Positions 8,962-22,263 of a stretch of DNA of 64,000 nucleotides are shown here, piece by piece. Under the pieces are notes generated by a model. That model did no database searches and was not told where the DNA came from. It worked only from the letters and a program-made list of their open reading frames with translations. This stretch comes from an uncultured Elusimicrobia bacterium (GTDB lineage: Bacteria > Elusimicrobiota > Elusimicrobia > FEN-1173): positions 19,164 through 83,163 of the forward strand of contig CAZAEL010000004.1 of the NCBI GenBank assembly GCA_964484135.1. Reading direction: 5' to 3'. The first letter of the stretch is position 1; every line of letters begins with the position of its first letter. A program made the translations under genes and the position numbers.

Positions 8962-9828
8962 CTAGCGGGCGGGCGCGGACAGCTCCATGAGCTTCAGGGA
9001 ACGGCGCACCGCGGTCAGGAGCCGGGCGTTCTCCTCCTCCGCGCCCTTGGGCGGCGACACCCCCTGGAGGGTGGCGTGGGTCCTGCCCCGGAATTGTTCC
9101 ACATAGTCCCGCTTGGCCAGGCGCTGGTCGCCCCGCACGCGCAAAGGCCACACCCCCTGCAGCACAAAATCCGTGTTCACCCCCACCAGGAAAACGGTCA
9201 GGCCTTCTTTGTCTCCAAAATAGGCGTACCCGGCGTATCCGGCCAAGGGTTTTTCTCCCGGCGCGCTTTCCGGGGGAGAGGCCCGGGCGGAGGGTCTTGG
9301 GATGTCCGGGGTCCCGCCCCCCGCGGCCTTCCGGACCAGGAAGAGGGTGGGAGAGAGGTCCTCGTCCCGCAGTTTCTTGTCCAGGAACCGTTCGGCCTTC
9401 TCCACCTGCGCGGACGAAAGCCGCCCCTCCGTCGTCTCATAGACGACCCCCGGTCCGAAAATTTTGTGGAACGCGGGGGAAAAGTCGGGCGGGGCGGGGG
9501 GGGTGGAAAGCCAGTCCCCGGGATGGTCCGGGGTGGAACGGGGATCGCCGGGGTTGGAGCGCGACTCCCTTTCGATCTTGGACGAGAAACCGTCCCGGTC
9601 GGGGTCCATGACCTCCAGCGCGTTCACCGCGTCGGCGTCGCGGCCCAAACGCAGGAATTCCCGGGCATAGGGGGTCAGCCGCCTGGCCCCGGGTTTGTGG
9701 CACAGGGTGCAATTGGGCGCGTATCCCGCCCGGGATTCGTACAAACGCCGAAACGCGGGAAGGGCGCTCACGGGCCCGGCCGTCCCCAAAAGACACAACG
9801 TCAGGAAAACCCGCCTCCTGAAATTCAT
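8962..9828 (-). CDS. Exported monoheme c-type cytochrome with DxDxDG repeat and C-terminal FMN-binding-like domain
   Basis: Signal peptide, single CTLCH, DPDRDG..NPGD motif; C-terminal part resembles RnfG/NqrC-type folds (weak, by eye); directly upstream of ccdA. Confidence 0.6.
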   Translation of the reverse strand: MNFRRRVFLTLCLLGTAGPVSALPAFRRLYESRAGYAPNCTLCHKPGARRLTPYAREFLRLGRDADAVNALEVMDPDRDGFSSKIERESRSNPGDPRSTPDHPGDWLSTPPAPPDFSPAFHKIFGPGVVYETTEGRLSSAQVEKAERFLDKKLRDEDLSPTLFLVRKAAGGGTPDIPRPSARASPPESAPGEKPLAGYAGYAYFGDKEGLTVFLVGVNTDFVLQGVWPLRVRGDQRLAKRDYVEQFRGRTHATLQGVSPPKGAEEENARLLTAVRRSLKLMELSAPAR

Positions 9829-9867
9829 CGGCCGCGTTCCCGGCCGGCTTGGCCGCCGAAACCGGTT

Positions 9868-11814
9868 CTAGACCACAAGGCTCTCTTCCCACAGGACCCG
9901 GAGGATCTCAGCCACGCTCCAGGCCTGGGCCGGGCACCCCTGGGCCGCGTGGGGGGCGTCCCCCTCCAGGAATTCGGAGACGCTGCCCAGCCCCGCCTCG
10001 GCCATGTGGTCCACGAAAGGCTGGAGGAAATCCTGGAGCCGGGCCTTGGTTTCCTCCGAAGATCCGTACGCCTTGACGAAGGAGGTCAGGAAGGCGCCCA
10101 GGAGCCAGGGCCACACCGTGCCTTGATGGTACGCGCCGTCCCGAACGGACGGCGGCCCGCCGTACCGCCCCTGGTACGCCGGGTCCTGCGCGGAGAGGGT
10201 CCTGAGTCCGTAGCTGGTGTACAGTTCCCTCCAGGCCGTGTCCACCACGGGCCTGAAGTTCTTGCCCTCCAGGATCTCGTACGGCAGGCTGATGGCGAAA
10301 AGGGCGTTGGGGCGGATGGCGGGGTCCCGGTCCCGGCCCTCCAGTCGGTCGAAGAGGTACCGGGCGGGCTCGTTCCAAAACTTGTCGTTGAAGCTGCGGC
10401 GGGCGATGGACGCCAGCTTCTCGTAGCCCCGGGACGGCTCGTTGAACTTCAGCTCCAGCTCCGCCAGGAACTGGAGGGCGTTGTACCACAGGGCCTGGAC
10501 CTCCACCGGTTTTCCCGTGCGGGGCGTCACGGCCGCGCCGTCCACGCGGGCGTCCATCCAGGTCAGGGCCTGGGGCGGATCGGCGGCCACGATGAGGCCG
10601 TCCTGGTCCATATGGATGCCCCGCAGGGTCCCGTGTTGGAAAGAGTCCACGATGTCCCGCAGGGCCGGCAGCCAGCGGCGCACCTGGTCCTGGTCCTGGG
10701 TGGCCTTCAAATAGTTCTGGACCGCCCACACGAACCAAAGGGGCGCGTCCACCGCGTTGTACTCCAGGGCGGGGCTGGCGTCAGGGAACCGGACGGGCAA
10801 CAGCCCCTTGTGCAGATGTCGGGAGAAGGTCTCCAAAATTTCCCGCGCCTCCTGGGCGCGGCCCGTGGCCAGGCAAAGCCCCGGCAGGGAGATCATGGCG
10901 TCGCGGCTCCAGTCCTCGAACCAGGGATACCCCGCCATCACGCTGGAACCGCCTTCCCGCGCCACGATGAACTGGTCCGCGGCCCGCACCAGGCCGTCGG
11001 CCAGGGGCCCGCGCACGATGGAGCGCTCCACCAACTGGCGGCGGAGGAGCCCCTCCTGCCGGCTCCATTCCAGCGCCTCGCTCGAATTCCTCTCCTGGGT
11101 CGAAAAGACCAAGGCCGCGGTCTGGCCCGGCCGAAGGTCGAAACGGAACACGCCGGGGCTGAAGGCGTCCTCCCGGGAGTCCAGGCCGCGCTTCGCCTCC
11201 CAGGCGTAGTCCTGGTTGAGGTACCAAAAACTGTCCTGGGTGAACACGCCCTCCTGCGAGCAGAGGAACAGCGCCGCGCCGCCGGCCAGGACCGCCTTGA
11301 CCCGGTGGGGCGAGGTTTCCAACTGGTCCAGGAAACGCTTGTCCTCTTTGGAAAGGCCGTGATGGCTCCGGCACGTGAGGAGGGGCCGGCTCTCCAGCAC
11401 CACCTCCGGCCCGGACAAATGGCGGTACATCACGACCGCGGTGTCCTCCCCGTACCGGAGGAAGAAGGACTTTTCCACGCGCACGTCCGAGACGGCGTAG
11501 GTCCAGACGGGAAAAGGGTCCAGACGGAACCGTTCCAAATTCTTGAAGCCCGGCGGATGGACCGTGCCCGGATAGGCCTGGCAGGAAATGCCGTGACGCG
11601 CGCCGTTGACGAAGAGGGACTCCTCCAGGCGGTTCACCCACTGGAACCGCTCCACGGGCGGGCGCAAAGGCAGGGTCAGGAGGGAGTGGTACCGGCGCGT
11701 GTTCCCGCCCGCCACCGTGCCCATGGCGTACCCGCCCCGGCCGTTGGTCTCCAGCCACTCCCGGGCGCTGGCCTCCGCGTAATTGCCGCAAATTCCACGA
11801 CCGAAGGAGATCAT
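9868..11814 (-). CDS. Glycogen debranching enzyme (amylo-alpha-1,6-glucosidase)
   Basis: REWLETNGRGGYA..T...TRRYH N-domain; AGYPWFEDWSRD, LTWMDA, YHQGTVWPWL and QAWSVAE motifs. Confidence 0.93.
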   Translation of the reverse strand: MISFGRGICGNYAEASAREWLETNGRGGYAMGTVAGGNTRRYHSLLTLPLRPPVERFQWVNRLEESLFVNGARHGISCQAYPGTVHPPGFKNLERFRLDPFPVWTYAVSDVRVEKSFFLRYGEDTAVVMYRHLSGPEVVLESRPLLTCRSHHGLSKEDKRFLDQLETSPHRVKAVLAGGAALFLCSQEGVFTQDSFWYLNQDYAWEAKRGLDSREDAFSPGVFRFDLRPGQTAALVFSTQERNSSEALEWSRQEGLLRRQLVERSIVRGPLADGLVRAADQFIVAREGGSSVMAGYPWFEDWSRDAMISLPGLCLATGRAQEAREILETFSRHLHKGLLPVRFPDASPALEYNAVDAPLWFVWAVQNYLKATQDQDQVRRWLPALRDIVDSFQHGTLRGIHMDQDGLIVAADPPQALTWMDARVDGAAVTPRTGKPVEVQALWYNALQFLAELELKFNEPSRGYEKLASIARRSFNDKFWNEPARYLFDRLEGRDRDPAIRPNALFAISLPYEILEGKNFRPVVDTAWRELYTSYGLRTLSAQDPAYQGRYGGPPSVRDGAYHQGTVWPWLLGAFLTSFVKAYGSSEETKARLQDFLQPFVDHMAEAGLGSVSEFLEGDAPHAAQGCPAQAWSVAEILRVLWEESLVV

Positions 11815-11822
11815 GGAATCGG

Positions 11823-11908
11823 TGGCAGGTGACAGGTGTCAGGTGTCAGGCCAAAACAGTTTAAATGGTTCATTTTATCGCTTGCCACTTGCCACCTGTC
11901 GCTTGCAA
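11823..11908. repeat. Heptamer-repeat palindromic element
   Basis: Left arm TGGCAGG TGACAGG TGTCAGG TGTCAGG (11823-11850); right arm CTTGCCA CTTGCCA CCTGTCG CTTGCAA (11881-11908); overlaps the sucD 3' end. Confidence 0.75.
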
Positions 11909-12841
11909 CGCCTTGCTGATGACATCGCCCATGTCCGCGGGGGAGTCCACCACGACCACCCCGGCCGCCTCCAGGGCGGCCCGTTTCTCGTCCGCGGTGC
12001 CGTGGGACGCGGACCGGACCGCGCCGGCCCCGTCCCGGCCCGACGGCGGCGGGGCGTCCACGATGGCGCCCGCGTGCCCCATGCGCCGCCCCGGCGGGGC
12101 GGTACGGCCCGCCACGAAAGCGAAGAGGGGCTTGCTCATCTTGGCCTTGAAGAACCGGGCGGCCTCCTCCTCGGCCGTGCCGCCGATCTCCCCGATCATG
12201 AGCACCGCCTCGGTGGCCGGGTCCTTTTGAAAAAGCTCCAGAACGTCCACGAAATTCATCCCCTGCACCGGGTCGCCGCCGATGCCCACCACCGTGGACT
12301 GGCCCAGCCCCCGCTGGGTCAGCTGCCACACCGCTTCGTACGTCAGGGTGCCGGACCGGGACACCACGCCGATGGGGCCCGGCTTGTGGATGTACCCCGG
12401 CATGATGCCGATCTTGCAACCGCCACCAGGCACCGGGGGGTGGGGGCTTCCCGGCGTGATGATCCCCGGGCCGTTGGGGCCGATGAGGCGCACGGCGCTC
12501 CCCTTCAGCTGGGCCTTGACCCGGGCCATGTCCAGGACCGGGATGCCCTCGGTGATGCAGACGACGAGGGAGATCCCCGCGTCCGCCGCCTCCAGGATGG
12601 CGTCGGCCGCGAAGGGCGGCGGCACGAAGATCATGCTGGCCGTGGCGCCGGTGGCGTTCACCGCCTCGCGCACGGTGTTGAAAACGGGGATGCCGTCCAC
12701 GTTCCCCCCGCCCTTGCCCGGCGTGACCCCGCCCACCACCCGGGTGCCGTAGTCCCGGCACCCCTTGGCGTGGAAGGACCCCGCCGCGCCCGTGATGCCC
12801 TGCACGATGACCTTGGTGTCGTGGTCGACCAGGATGCTCAT
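11870..12841 (-). CDS. sucD: Succinyl-CoA synthetase alpha subunit
   Basis: [25 protein letters not shown] and RMGHAGA (phospho-His) motifs. Confidence 0.97.
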   Translation of the reverse strand: MSILVDHDTKVIVQGITGAAGSFHAKGCRDYGTRVVGGVTPGKGGGNVDGIPVFNTVREAVNATGATASMIFVPPPFAADAILEAADAGISLVVCITEGIPVLDMARVKAQLKGSAVRLIGPNGPGIITPGSPHPPVPGGGCKIGIMPGYIHKPGPIGVVSRSGTLTYEAVWQLTQRGLGQSTVVGIGGDPVQGMNFVDVLELFQKDPATEAVLMIGEIGGTAEEEAARFFKAKMSKPLFAFVAGRTAPPGRRMGHAGAIVDAPPPSGRDGAGAVRSASHGTADEKRAALEAAGVVVVDSPADMGDVISKALQATGGKWQAIK

Positions 12842-12869
12842 GAAAGCCCTCTCCCTCCGAACCGGAAGC

Positions 12870-14051
<1,182 letters not shown>

Positions 14052-14151
14052 GCCATTCGTCCTTTATATATAGGAAGGCGTCAGAGGCTCAAAAAAGCCC
14101 GCAAAAACAAGTCCAATCTATAATTTTTCGGCGCGTAAAGAAATATCCCGC

Positions 14152-15150
14152 TCAGGGCCGCAGGCGATTTTCCAGAAAACCCAGGATGCAGTCCGCCGCT
14201 TTTCGATAGCCTTCTTCGTTGGGATGAATGAAATCTTCCGCCCTTTCCTCGTTGTGATAAAGACTTCCGTAATCCGCGGGCAGGCAATCCTCCAGCCGCA
14301 GGTAAGGGACTTGGTGGGCCTCCAGAGCCTTCGTGATGCCCTTGCGGCCTCTTTCTTCCTCCTCCGCGAATTCCGCCGGCGCATTGAAATAGGGAAAAAG
14401 CACGCAGAAAAGCTTCACGTTGCGCTCCCGGGTCCACCGGACGATGGACCCAAAGACCCGGTAAAAAGCCTCTTCTTCGGACAAGTCCCCTTCCCGTTCC
14501 TGCGCCCGAAGCCGGCGCCAATTTTCCTGCAGGAAAACCGTCCGGTACAGGTGGGACCAGCGGAACAAAACCGGATGAAAAACCAATTCCCTGGCCACCT
14601 CGGCGTCTTTCATCATGAGGAGCCGCCCATCCTTCTGAATGACCACCGGCACGTCCGAATAGACGTCGTTCAAGCAAAAAATGACGACGAGCGTGTCGAA
14701 CTTAAAATCCCGGCATTTGAGCCTGAGGATCCGCTCATACTGGTCAATGTTATAGCCTCCCCCGGCAAAGTCCCAAATCTCCACCGGCCGGCCCCAAGCC
14801 CGGCCCAGTCGCCGTTCGGCCGCTTCCCCGAAACAAAACCGCAGCATGTCGTCCGTCAAGGAATCGCCGATGAACAAAATCCGGTGGGCCTTGTCCGAAA
14901 ACCGGATGTGGGACGAGCGAAATCCGTCGGCTTTGAGGCGCTCGTCCCCCTGGGCGGTCCGCTCCCATCCCAGATCCCCAGACGGGCGGAATCTTTGCGG
15001 CGACATTTCCCAGCCGCCCAGCTCAAAAGCGGCGGTAATGCGCTCCAGCCGGAACTGGGGCCAAGACCGGCGGGCAAACCCCTCGGCGGCGAGGCAGGCC
15101 AGGCCCGCCCCCGCGATCGCCAGCAAGGAGCGGCTCAGAAATCGATCCAC
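14152..15150 (-). CDS. Membrane-anchored SGNH/GDSL hydrolase-like protein
   Basis: GGAGG RBS plus GTG at 15150; N-terminal TM (LAAEGFARR); IGDSLT, GGGYN, FCLND and DFIHPN motifs. Confidence 0.75.
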   Translation of the reverse strand: MDRFLSRSLLAIAGAGLACLAAEGFARRSWPQFRLERITAAFELGGWEMSPQRFRPSGDLGWERTAQGDERLKADGFRSSHIRFSDKAHRILFIGDSLTDDMLRFCFGEAAERRLGRAWGRPVEIWDFAGGGYNIDQYERILRLKCRDFKFDTLVVIFCLNDVYSDVPVVIQKDGRLLMMKDAEVARELVFHPVLFRWSHLYRTVFLQENWRRLRAQEREGDLSEEEAFYRVFGSIVRWTRERNVKLFCVLFPYFNAPAEFAEEEERGRKGITKALEAHQVPYLRLEDCLPADYGSLYHNEERAEDFIHPNEEGYRKAADCILGFLENRLRP

Positions 15151-15261
15151 GCATCCTCCTTTTCCGGGGACATCCTCCCCCTTGTCGACAAGCGGCCTCG
15201 AATAAGTTATCATAAATGGAAGGGCGTTTTCGCGCCTTCCCGAACGCCCGTCCCAAAAACA

Positions 15262-15723
15262 ATGGAACGACTGCTCAAAGAAAAAAAGATCTCGGAGGTC
15301 ATCAACCCCCGCTTGATCCAGGCCCCGCCGGACATCTCGGTGGAGCGGGCCGTGGAATTCATGCGGGAGAACCAGTCCGCGTACATCGTGGTGGCCGAGG
15401 GCAAGAAGGTCGTCGGCATGTTCACGGAAACGGACGTGATCCAGAAGATCCTGGGCCAGGACGTGGACTGGAAGAGGCCCATCCGTGACTTCATGACCAA
15501 GGACCCGGCGGTGCTCAAGCCCGAGGACACGGTGGGCCGCGCCGTGGACGTCATGGCGGAGCACAACTGCTACCACATCCCCCTGGTGAACGGCCAAAAA
15601 GAGCTCACCGGGGTCTTGAGCGTCCGCACCCTGATCCGGTTTCTGGCCGAGTTCCACCCGGCCGAGGTGTACAACCTGCCGCCCAACCCCCACCAAGTGA
15701 TGCGGACGCCGGAAGGGGGCTGA
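15262..15723 (+). CDS. CBS-domain pair protein
   Basis: Two CBS repeats (VGMFTETD..., DFMTKDP, LTGVLSVR); start MERLLK at 15262; candidate promoter TCGACA-17-TATCAT at 15185-15213. Confidence 0.85.
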   Translation: MERLLKEKKISEVINPRLIQAPPDISVERAVEFMRENQSAYIVVAEGKKVVGMFTETDVIQKILGQDVDWKRPIRDFMTKDPAVLKPEDTVGRAVDVMAEHNCYHIPLVNGQKELTGVLSVRTLIRFLAEFHPAEVYNLPPNPHQVMRTPEGG

Positions 15724-15730
15724 AAGGGAC

Positions 15731-17574
<1,844 letters not shown>

Positions 17575-17578
<4 letters not shown>

Positions 17579-18615
17579 CCCCCAACGACCTGGCCGCGCC
17601 CGACGCGCGCCCCCAGTACACCAAGAGCGACTTCGTCTCGGACCAGGAGGTGCGCTGGTGCCCGGGGTGCGGGGACTATTCCATCCTGGGGGCGATGCAG
17701 CAGACCCTGGCGAAGTTCGACCTGCCGCGGGAAAAATACGTGTTCGTTTCGGGCATCGGGTGCTCCAGCCGGTTTCCCTACTACATGAACACCTACGGCT
17801 TCCACACCATCCACGGCCGGGCGCCCACCATCGCCACGGGCCTGCGCTGCGTGAACCCGGACCTGTCCATCTGGGTCATCACCGGGGACGGGGACGGCCT
17901 GTCCATCGGCGGCAACCACCTGATCCACGCCATGCGCCGCAACCTGAACTTCAACATCCTGCTCGTGAACAACCAGATCTACGGGCTGACCAAGGGCCAG
18001 TATTCCCCCACCTCGCCGCTGGGCAAGGTGACCAAGTCCTCGCCCTACGGCACCATCGACCAGCCCATCAACGCCCTCTGCGTCGCCATCGCGTCGGAGG
18101 CGACCTTCATCGCCCGCACCCTGGACAACGACCCCCGCCACATGGGCAAGATCTTGGAAAGGGCCATGCGGCACAAGGGCATCTCCTTCGTGGAGATCTA
18201 TCAGAACTGCATCATCTTCAACGACAAGACCTTCACGCCCATCACGGGCCGCGACACCCGCGAGGACCGGATGGTGTACCTGGAGCACGGCAAGCCCCTG
18301 GTCTTCGGCAAGAACAAAAACAAGGCCATCCGGCTCAAAGGGCTGCACCCGGAGATCGCGGACTATTCCCCCGGCGCCGACATCCCGGGGCTCCTCCTGC
18401 ACGACGAAACGGACCCGCGGCCCCACCACGCGTACTTTTTGACCCAGCTGACGTACCCGGAGTTCCCCGTGCCCTTCGGCGTGTTCCGCTGCATCGAGCG
18501 GCCCTCCTATGACCAGCTCCTGGACAGGCAGATCCAGGAAGCGGTCCAGAAAAAGGGGAAGGGCACCCTCAAGGACCTCCTTTACACGGCGGACACCTGG
18601 ACGGTGAAGGAATAG
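17575..18615 (+). CDS. korB: 2-oxoacid:ferredoxin oxidoreductase beta subunit
   Basis: WCPGCGD, SGIGCSSR, HGRA, GDGDGLSIGGNH and NNQIYGLTKGQYSPT motifs; ATGA overlap with korA. Confidence 0.93.
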
Positions 18616-18617
18616 CC

Positions 18618-19148
18618 ATGCGCGGCGTCATCAAGTGCTCCGCCTGCGGCTTCGACAACCCCGACACCGAGGACCGGTGCCGGCAATGCCTCCACTCCCT
18701 GATGCAGCGCGAGGCGCCCCGCCCCGATGACGACGCGACGGGCGCCCTCCTGGGCCGGCCCGTGTCCGAGCTCCTCACCGGGCTGGACCTCCTCGTCTGC
18801 AGCCCCTCCGACACCGTGGAAAAAGTTCTCGGAATTTTCCAAAAATTCAAAAAGAACTGCGTGCTGGTGTACGACAAGAAAAAACTCGTGGGGATCCTGA
18901 GCAACCGGGACATCCTCCTGCGGGTGGCGGGCCTCCACAAGGACCTGTCGAAAGTGTCCGTGGAACAGGTCATGACCAAGAACCCGGGCTATGTCCGGCC
19001 CGAAGATCCCATCGCCTTCGCCGTGAACAAGATGTCCATGGGGGGATACCGGCACGTGCCCGTGCTCAGGCGGGACGGCACGCCGGTCAGCATCCTCCTC
19101 ATCAAGGACGTCCTGCGGTACCTGTCCCAGAGCAAAAAATCCTACTAA
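18618..19148 (+). CDS. Zinc-ribbon plus CBS-pair protein
   Basis: N-terminal CSAC-x10-CRQC followed by two CBS repeats. Confidence 0.85.
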   Translation: MRGVIKCSACGFDNPDTEDRCRQCLHSLMQREAPRPDDDATGALLGRPVSELLTGLDLLVCSPSDTVEKVLGIFQKFKKNCVLVYDKKKLVGILSNRDILLRVAGLHKDLSKVSVEQVMTKNPGYVRPEDPIAFAVNKMSMGGYRHVPVLRRDGTPVSILLIKDVLRYLSQSKKSY

Positions 19149-19176
19149 CGCCCGGTCGGCGGAAGAGCCAAAAAAC

Positions 19177-19866
19177 ATGCCGACCCACATCCTGCTCATC
19201 CGCCACGGCGAAACCGCCTGGAACCGGGAACAACGCATCCAGGGACAAAAAGACGTCCCCCTCTCCGCCCTGGGGGAAGAGCAGGCCCGCCTGCTGGGGC
19301 GGCGGCTCGGGGAGGTCCCCCTGGCGGCGGCCTACGCCAGCGATTCCCTGCGGGCCCGCCGCACCGCGGAGATCGCCTTGGAGGGCCGCGGCGTCCCCCT
19401 GACCCTGTCCCCCGCGCTGCGCGAGCGGAACTTCGGAAGCTGGGAAGGGCTGCTTTGGACCGAGATCGAGCGGCTTTTCCCCGAAGAGGCCCGGCGGTTT
19501 TTTGAGGACTCCGTCCGTTTCACGGTGGCGGGCGGGGAAACCTGGAACCAAATGCAGTCGCGGGTGTTTCAGGAAGTGGAGCGGATCGCGGCGCGCCACG
19601 CGGGCCGCACCGTGGCCCTTTTCACCCACGGGGGCCCCTGCAAGGCGGCCGTCCTGGCGGCGCTGGGCCTGCCGGCCCTCCAATGGCGTCAATGGGTGGC
19701 GGCCAACGCCTCCCTGCACCGGCTGGTGCGGGAGGAAGCCGCCGACGGCCAGGGCCGCGTCCTCTGGAAGCTGGCCGGGTTCAACGACGTGGCGCACCTG
19801 GAAGAGGCCCATCAACTGGCCGACCCTTCGGCGCAGACGCTGATCGAAACGGAAAAGGCGGTGTGA
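19177..19866 (+). CDS. Histidine phosphatase family protein
   Basis: LIRHGETAWN, YASDSLRA, LRERNFGSWEG and FTHGG motifs. Confidence 0.92.
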   Translation: MPTHILLIRHGETAWNREQRIQGQKDVPLSALGEEQARLLGRRLGEVPLAAAYASDSLRARRTAEIALEGRGVPLTLSPALRERNFGSWEGLLWTEIERLFPEEARRFFEDSVRFTVAGGETWNQMQSRVFQEVERIAARHAGRTVALFTHGGPCKAAVLAALGLPALQWRQWVAANASLHRLVREEAADGQGRVLWKLAGFNDVAHLEEAHQLADPSAQTLIETEKAV

Positions 19867-19872
19867 CCCTTT

Positions 19873-20811
19873 ATGGAAATCCGTAACGTGCTCATCATCG
19901 GCTCAGGCCCCGCCGGGTACACGGCGGCGCTGTACAACGCCCGCGCCAACCTCAAACCCCTGGTGCTGGGCGGCTTCATCAAGGGCGGCCAGTCCGGCGG
20001 CCAGCTCATGACCACCACGGAGGTGGAGAACTTCCCCGGCTTCCCGGAGGGCATCCAGGGGCCGGAGCTCATGACGCGGATCCGCGAGCAGGCGGTCCGC
20101 TTCGGCGCCGAGGTCCTGGACAAGGACGTGGAACGCGTGGACTTCTCCAAAAGGCCCTTCACGGTCTGGACCGACGAGGCCGAGTACCGCGCCAAGACCG
20201 TGATCATCGCCACCGGCGCCACGGCCCGGCGGCTGAAGACCGACGCGGAGAACCGCTTCTGGAACAAGGGCGTCTCGGCCTGCGCCACCTGCGACGGCTC
20301 CCTGCCCATCTTCCGCAACAAGCCCATCGCCGTGATCGGCGGCGGGGACACGGCCATGGAGGAGTCGCTGTATCTGACGCGCTTCGGCTCCTCCGTCACG
20401 CTCATCCACCGGCGGCCGGAGTTCCGCGCCTCCAAGATCATGCTGGAGCGGGCCCGCAAGAACCCCAAGATTTCCTGGAAGACGCCCTACGTGCTCGAAG
20501 ACACCGTGGGGAACGCCCTCCTGGAGGCCGTCAAGGTCAAGAACGTGCAGACCGGCCAAGTCGAGCAGATCCCGGCCAACGGTCTGTTCCTGGCCATCGG
20601 GCACGAGCCCAACACCGCCGTGTTCAAAGGACAGATCGAGCTGGAGAAGGAAGGATACGTCAAGACCGACGGCCACACCCGCACCAACGTGCCGGGCGTC
20701 TTCGCGGCCGGCGACTGCGTGGACCACGTGTACCGCCAGGCCATCACCGCCGCGGGCATGGGGTGCATGGCGGCGCTCCAGGCGGAACGCTTCCTGGCCG
20801 CCGAGGAATAG
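19873..20811 (+). CDS. trxB: Thioredoxin reductase
   Basis: IIGSGPAGYTAALY, CATCDG, GGGDTAMEE and YRQAITAAGMG motifs. Confidence 0.97.
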   Translation: MEIRNVLIIGSGPAGYTAALYNARANLKPLVLGGFIKGGQSGGQLMTTTEVENFPGFPEGIQGPELMTRIREQAVRFGAEVLDKDVERVDFSKRPFTVWTDEAEYRAKTVIIATGATARRLKTDAENRFWNKGVSACATCDGSLPIFRNKPIAVIGGGDTAMEESLYLTRFGSSVTLIHRRPEFRASKIMLERARKNPKISWKTPYVLEDTVGNALLEAVKVKNVQTGQVEQIPANGLFLAIGHEPNTAVFKGQIELEKEGYVKTDGHTRTNVPGVFAAGDCVDHVYRQAITAAGMGCMAALQAERFLAAEE

Positions 20812-20856
20812 CCGTTCTTCCGCGGCGTGTCGCCCCCGGACGGGCCGCCGCCTGAC

Positions 20857-22206
20857 ATGCCCCGCCCCCGCCTGCTCCTGGTCTCCTCCGGAGCAAAACC
20901 ATCCCGTTTCCCGCTGGCGTCCTTCCTCCGCGCCCTCTCGGCCCGTTGGGACCTCACCCTGGCGGCGGACGTCCCGCTGCCCCAAGAACGGCAAAAAGAA
21001 TGGGCCTCCGCCGGGACCGCTTTCCTTCCCTCTTCCCCCGGAGACGGCGCCGGTTTCCCGGACCGGGTCAAATCCCTGTTCACCGTCCAGCCGCTGGAGG
21101 CGGTGCTGTTCCTGGACGCCCCGGCCATGGAGCGCCATTTCCAGCCCCTGCGGCACATCGCCGGCGCGGACCAGACCTTCCTCTGCCTCTTTCCTGATCT
21201 GGACCGGCTGCGCGGCCTTCCACGGGGCGCGGAGGGGTTGAAAGCCAAACAGCGGTGGGCCCAACTCCTGAAACAGTGCGACGGAATCTGGACCACGACC
21301 CCGGCGGACAAAGAATGGGTCCTGTCCCGCCTGGACGGCGGCCTGGCGGTGGAGGTCTTGCCCCGTTTCCGCGACCGGCCGGATTTTTTGCGCGAATGGG
21401 CCGAACAACGGCTTCGGTCGGCGGCCGAGGAAGTCCGCCGCCTTTCCTCGTACGGCGGGGCCGAAGACCTGGCCAGCCTGATCCTCCTCACCCACAACGA
21501 CGGCCAATATCTGAAAAACTGCCTGGCCAGCGTCCGAAAGCACACCCCCGGTCCCCACGAAATCATCGTGGTGGACAACCACACCACGGACGGCTCCGAC
21601 GCTTTTCTGGAAAAAGAGACGGGGATCAAACTGATCCGGAGCCCCAAGAACCTCTTCTTCTCGGGCGGCTGCAACCTGGGGCTCAAGGCGGCCCGCGGCC
21701 GGTACCGGGTGCTGCTCAACGCCGACACCCTGGTCACGCCCGGCTGGCTGGAGCGGCTGATCCGCCGGCTCAAACGGGATCCCACCGTGGGATTGGCGGG
21801 CCCGTACACCAACGCTGCGGCCGGGCCCCAGCGCGTGCCGGCGACCTACAAGTCCGTCAAAGGCCTGGACGCCTTCGCCGAACAATGGGCCAAACGACGG
21901 CAAGGCGGCCGCTTGGAGGTCCCCCGGCTGGACGGCTTCTGCCTGGCGACCACGCGCGAGGCCCAGGAAACCGTCGGCCTCCTGGACGAACGGTTCGGCC
22001 CCGGGGGGTACGAGGACCACGACTGGTGCCTGCGGTTCCGGCAGGCGGGGTACCGCCTGCTCCTGGTGGAGGACGTCTTCGTGCACCACCACGGCGGCAA
22101 GGGGTACGCGGGGCGCGACCACGACGCCCTGCGGGAGAAAAACCGGCGGCTCTTCGTGGAAAAATGGTGCCAGCGGTCTTTGGAATTCCTGGACGAGGTG
22201 TGGTGA
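20857..22206 (+). CDS. Glycosyltransferase family 2 protein with N-terminal extra domain
   Basis: IIVVDN, GCNLG, LLNADT, GFCL and EDHDWCLR motifs; start GTG 20827 or ATG 20857. Confidence 0.85.
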   Translation: MPRPRLLLVSSGAKPSRFPLASFLRALSARWDLTLAADVPLPQERQKEWASAGTAFLPSSPGDGAGFPDRVKSLFTVQPLEAVLFLDAPAMERHFQPLRHIAGADQTFLCLFPDLDRLRGLPRGAEGLKAKQRWAQLLKQCDGIWTTTPADKEWVLSRLDGGLAVEVLPRFRDRPDFLREWAEQRLRSAAEEVRRLSSYGGAEDLASLILLTHNDGQYLKNCLASVRKHTPGPHEIIVVDNHTTDGSDAFLEKETGIKLIRSPKNLFFSGGCNLGLKAARGRYRVLLNADTLVTPGWLERLIRRLKRDPTVGLAGPYTNAAAGPQRVPATYKSVKGLDAFAEQWAKRRQGGRLEVPRLDGFCLATTREAQETVGLLDERFGPGGYEDHDWCLRFRQAGYRLLLVEDVFVHHHGGKGYAGRDHDALREKNRRLFVEKWCQRSLEFLDEVW

Positions 22207-22249
22207 GAGCGCCGGACGTCCGCCCGTCGAGGCTTTCCCGGCAAAATGC

Positions 22250-22255
22250 TATAAT
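22250..22255 (+). promoter_or_regulatory. Extended -10 promoter, probably leaderless ispG mRNA
   Basis: TGC-TATAAT 8 nt before ATG 22264; no SD sequence. Confidence 0.55.
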
Positions 22256-22263
22256 TTGAAGAT

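Noticed and set aside
9076-11832. Very long antisense or alternate-frame ORFs (e.g. 9076-11832, 19903-22122, 22249-24411, 57448-60075)
   Set aside because: Low-complexity G/P/R/A shadows of well-supported genes in a GC-rich genome; no recognisable domains.
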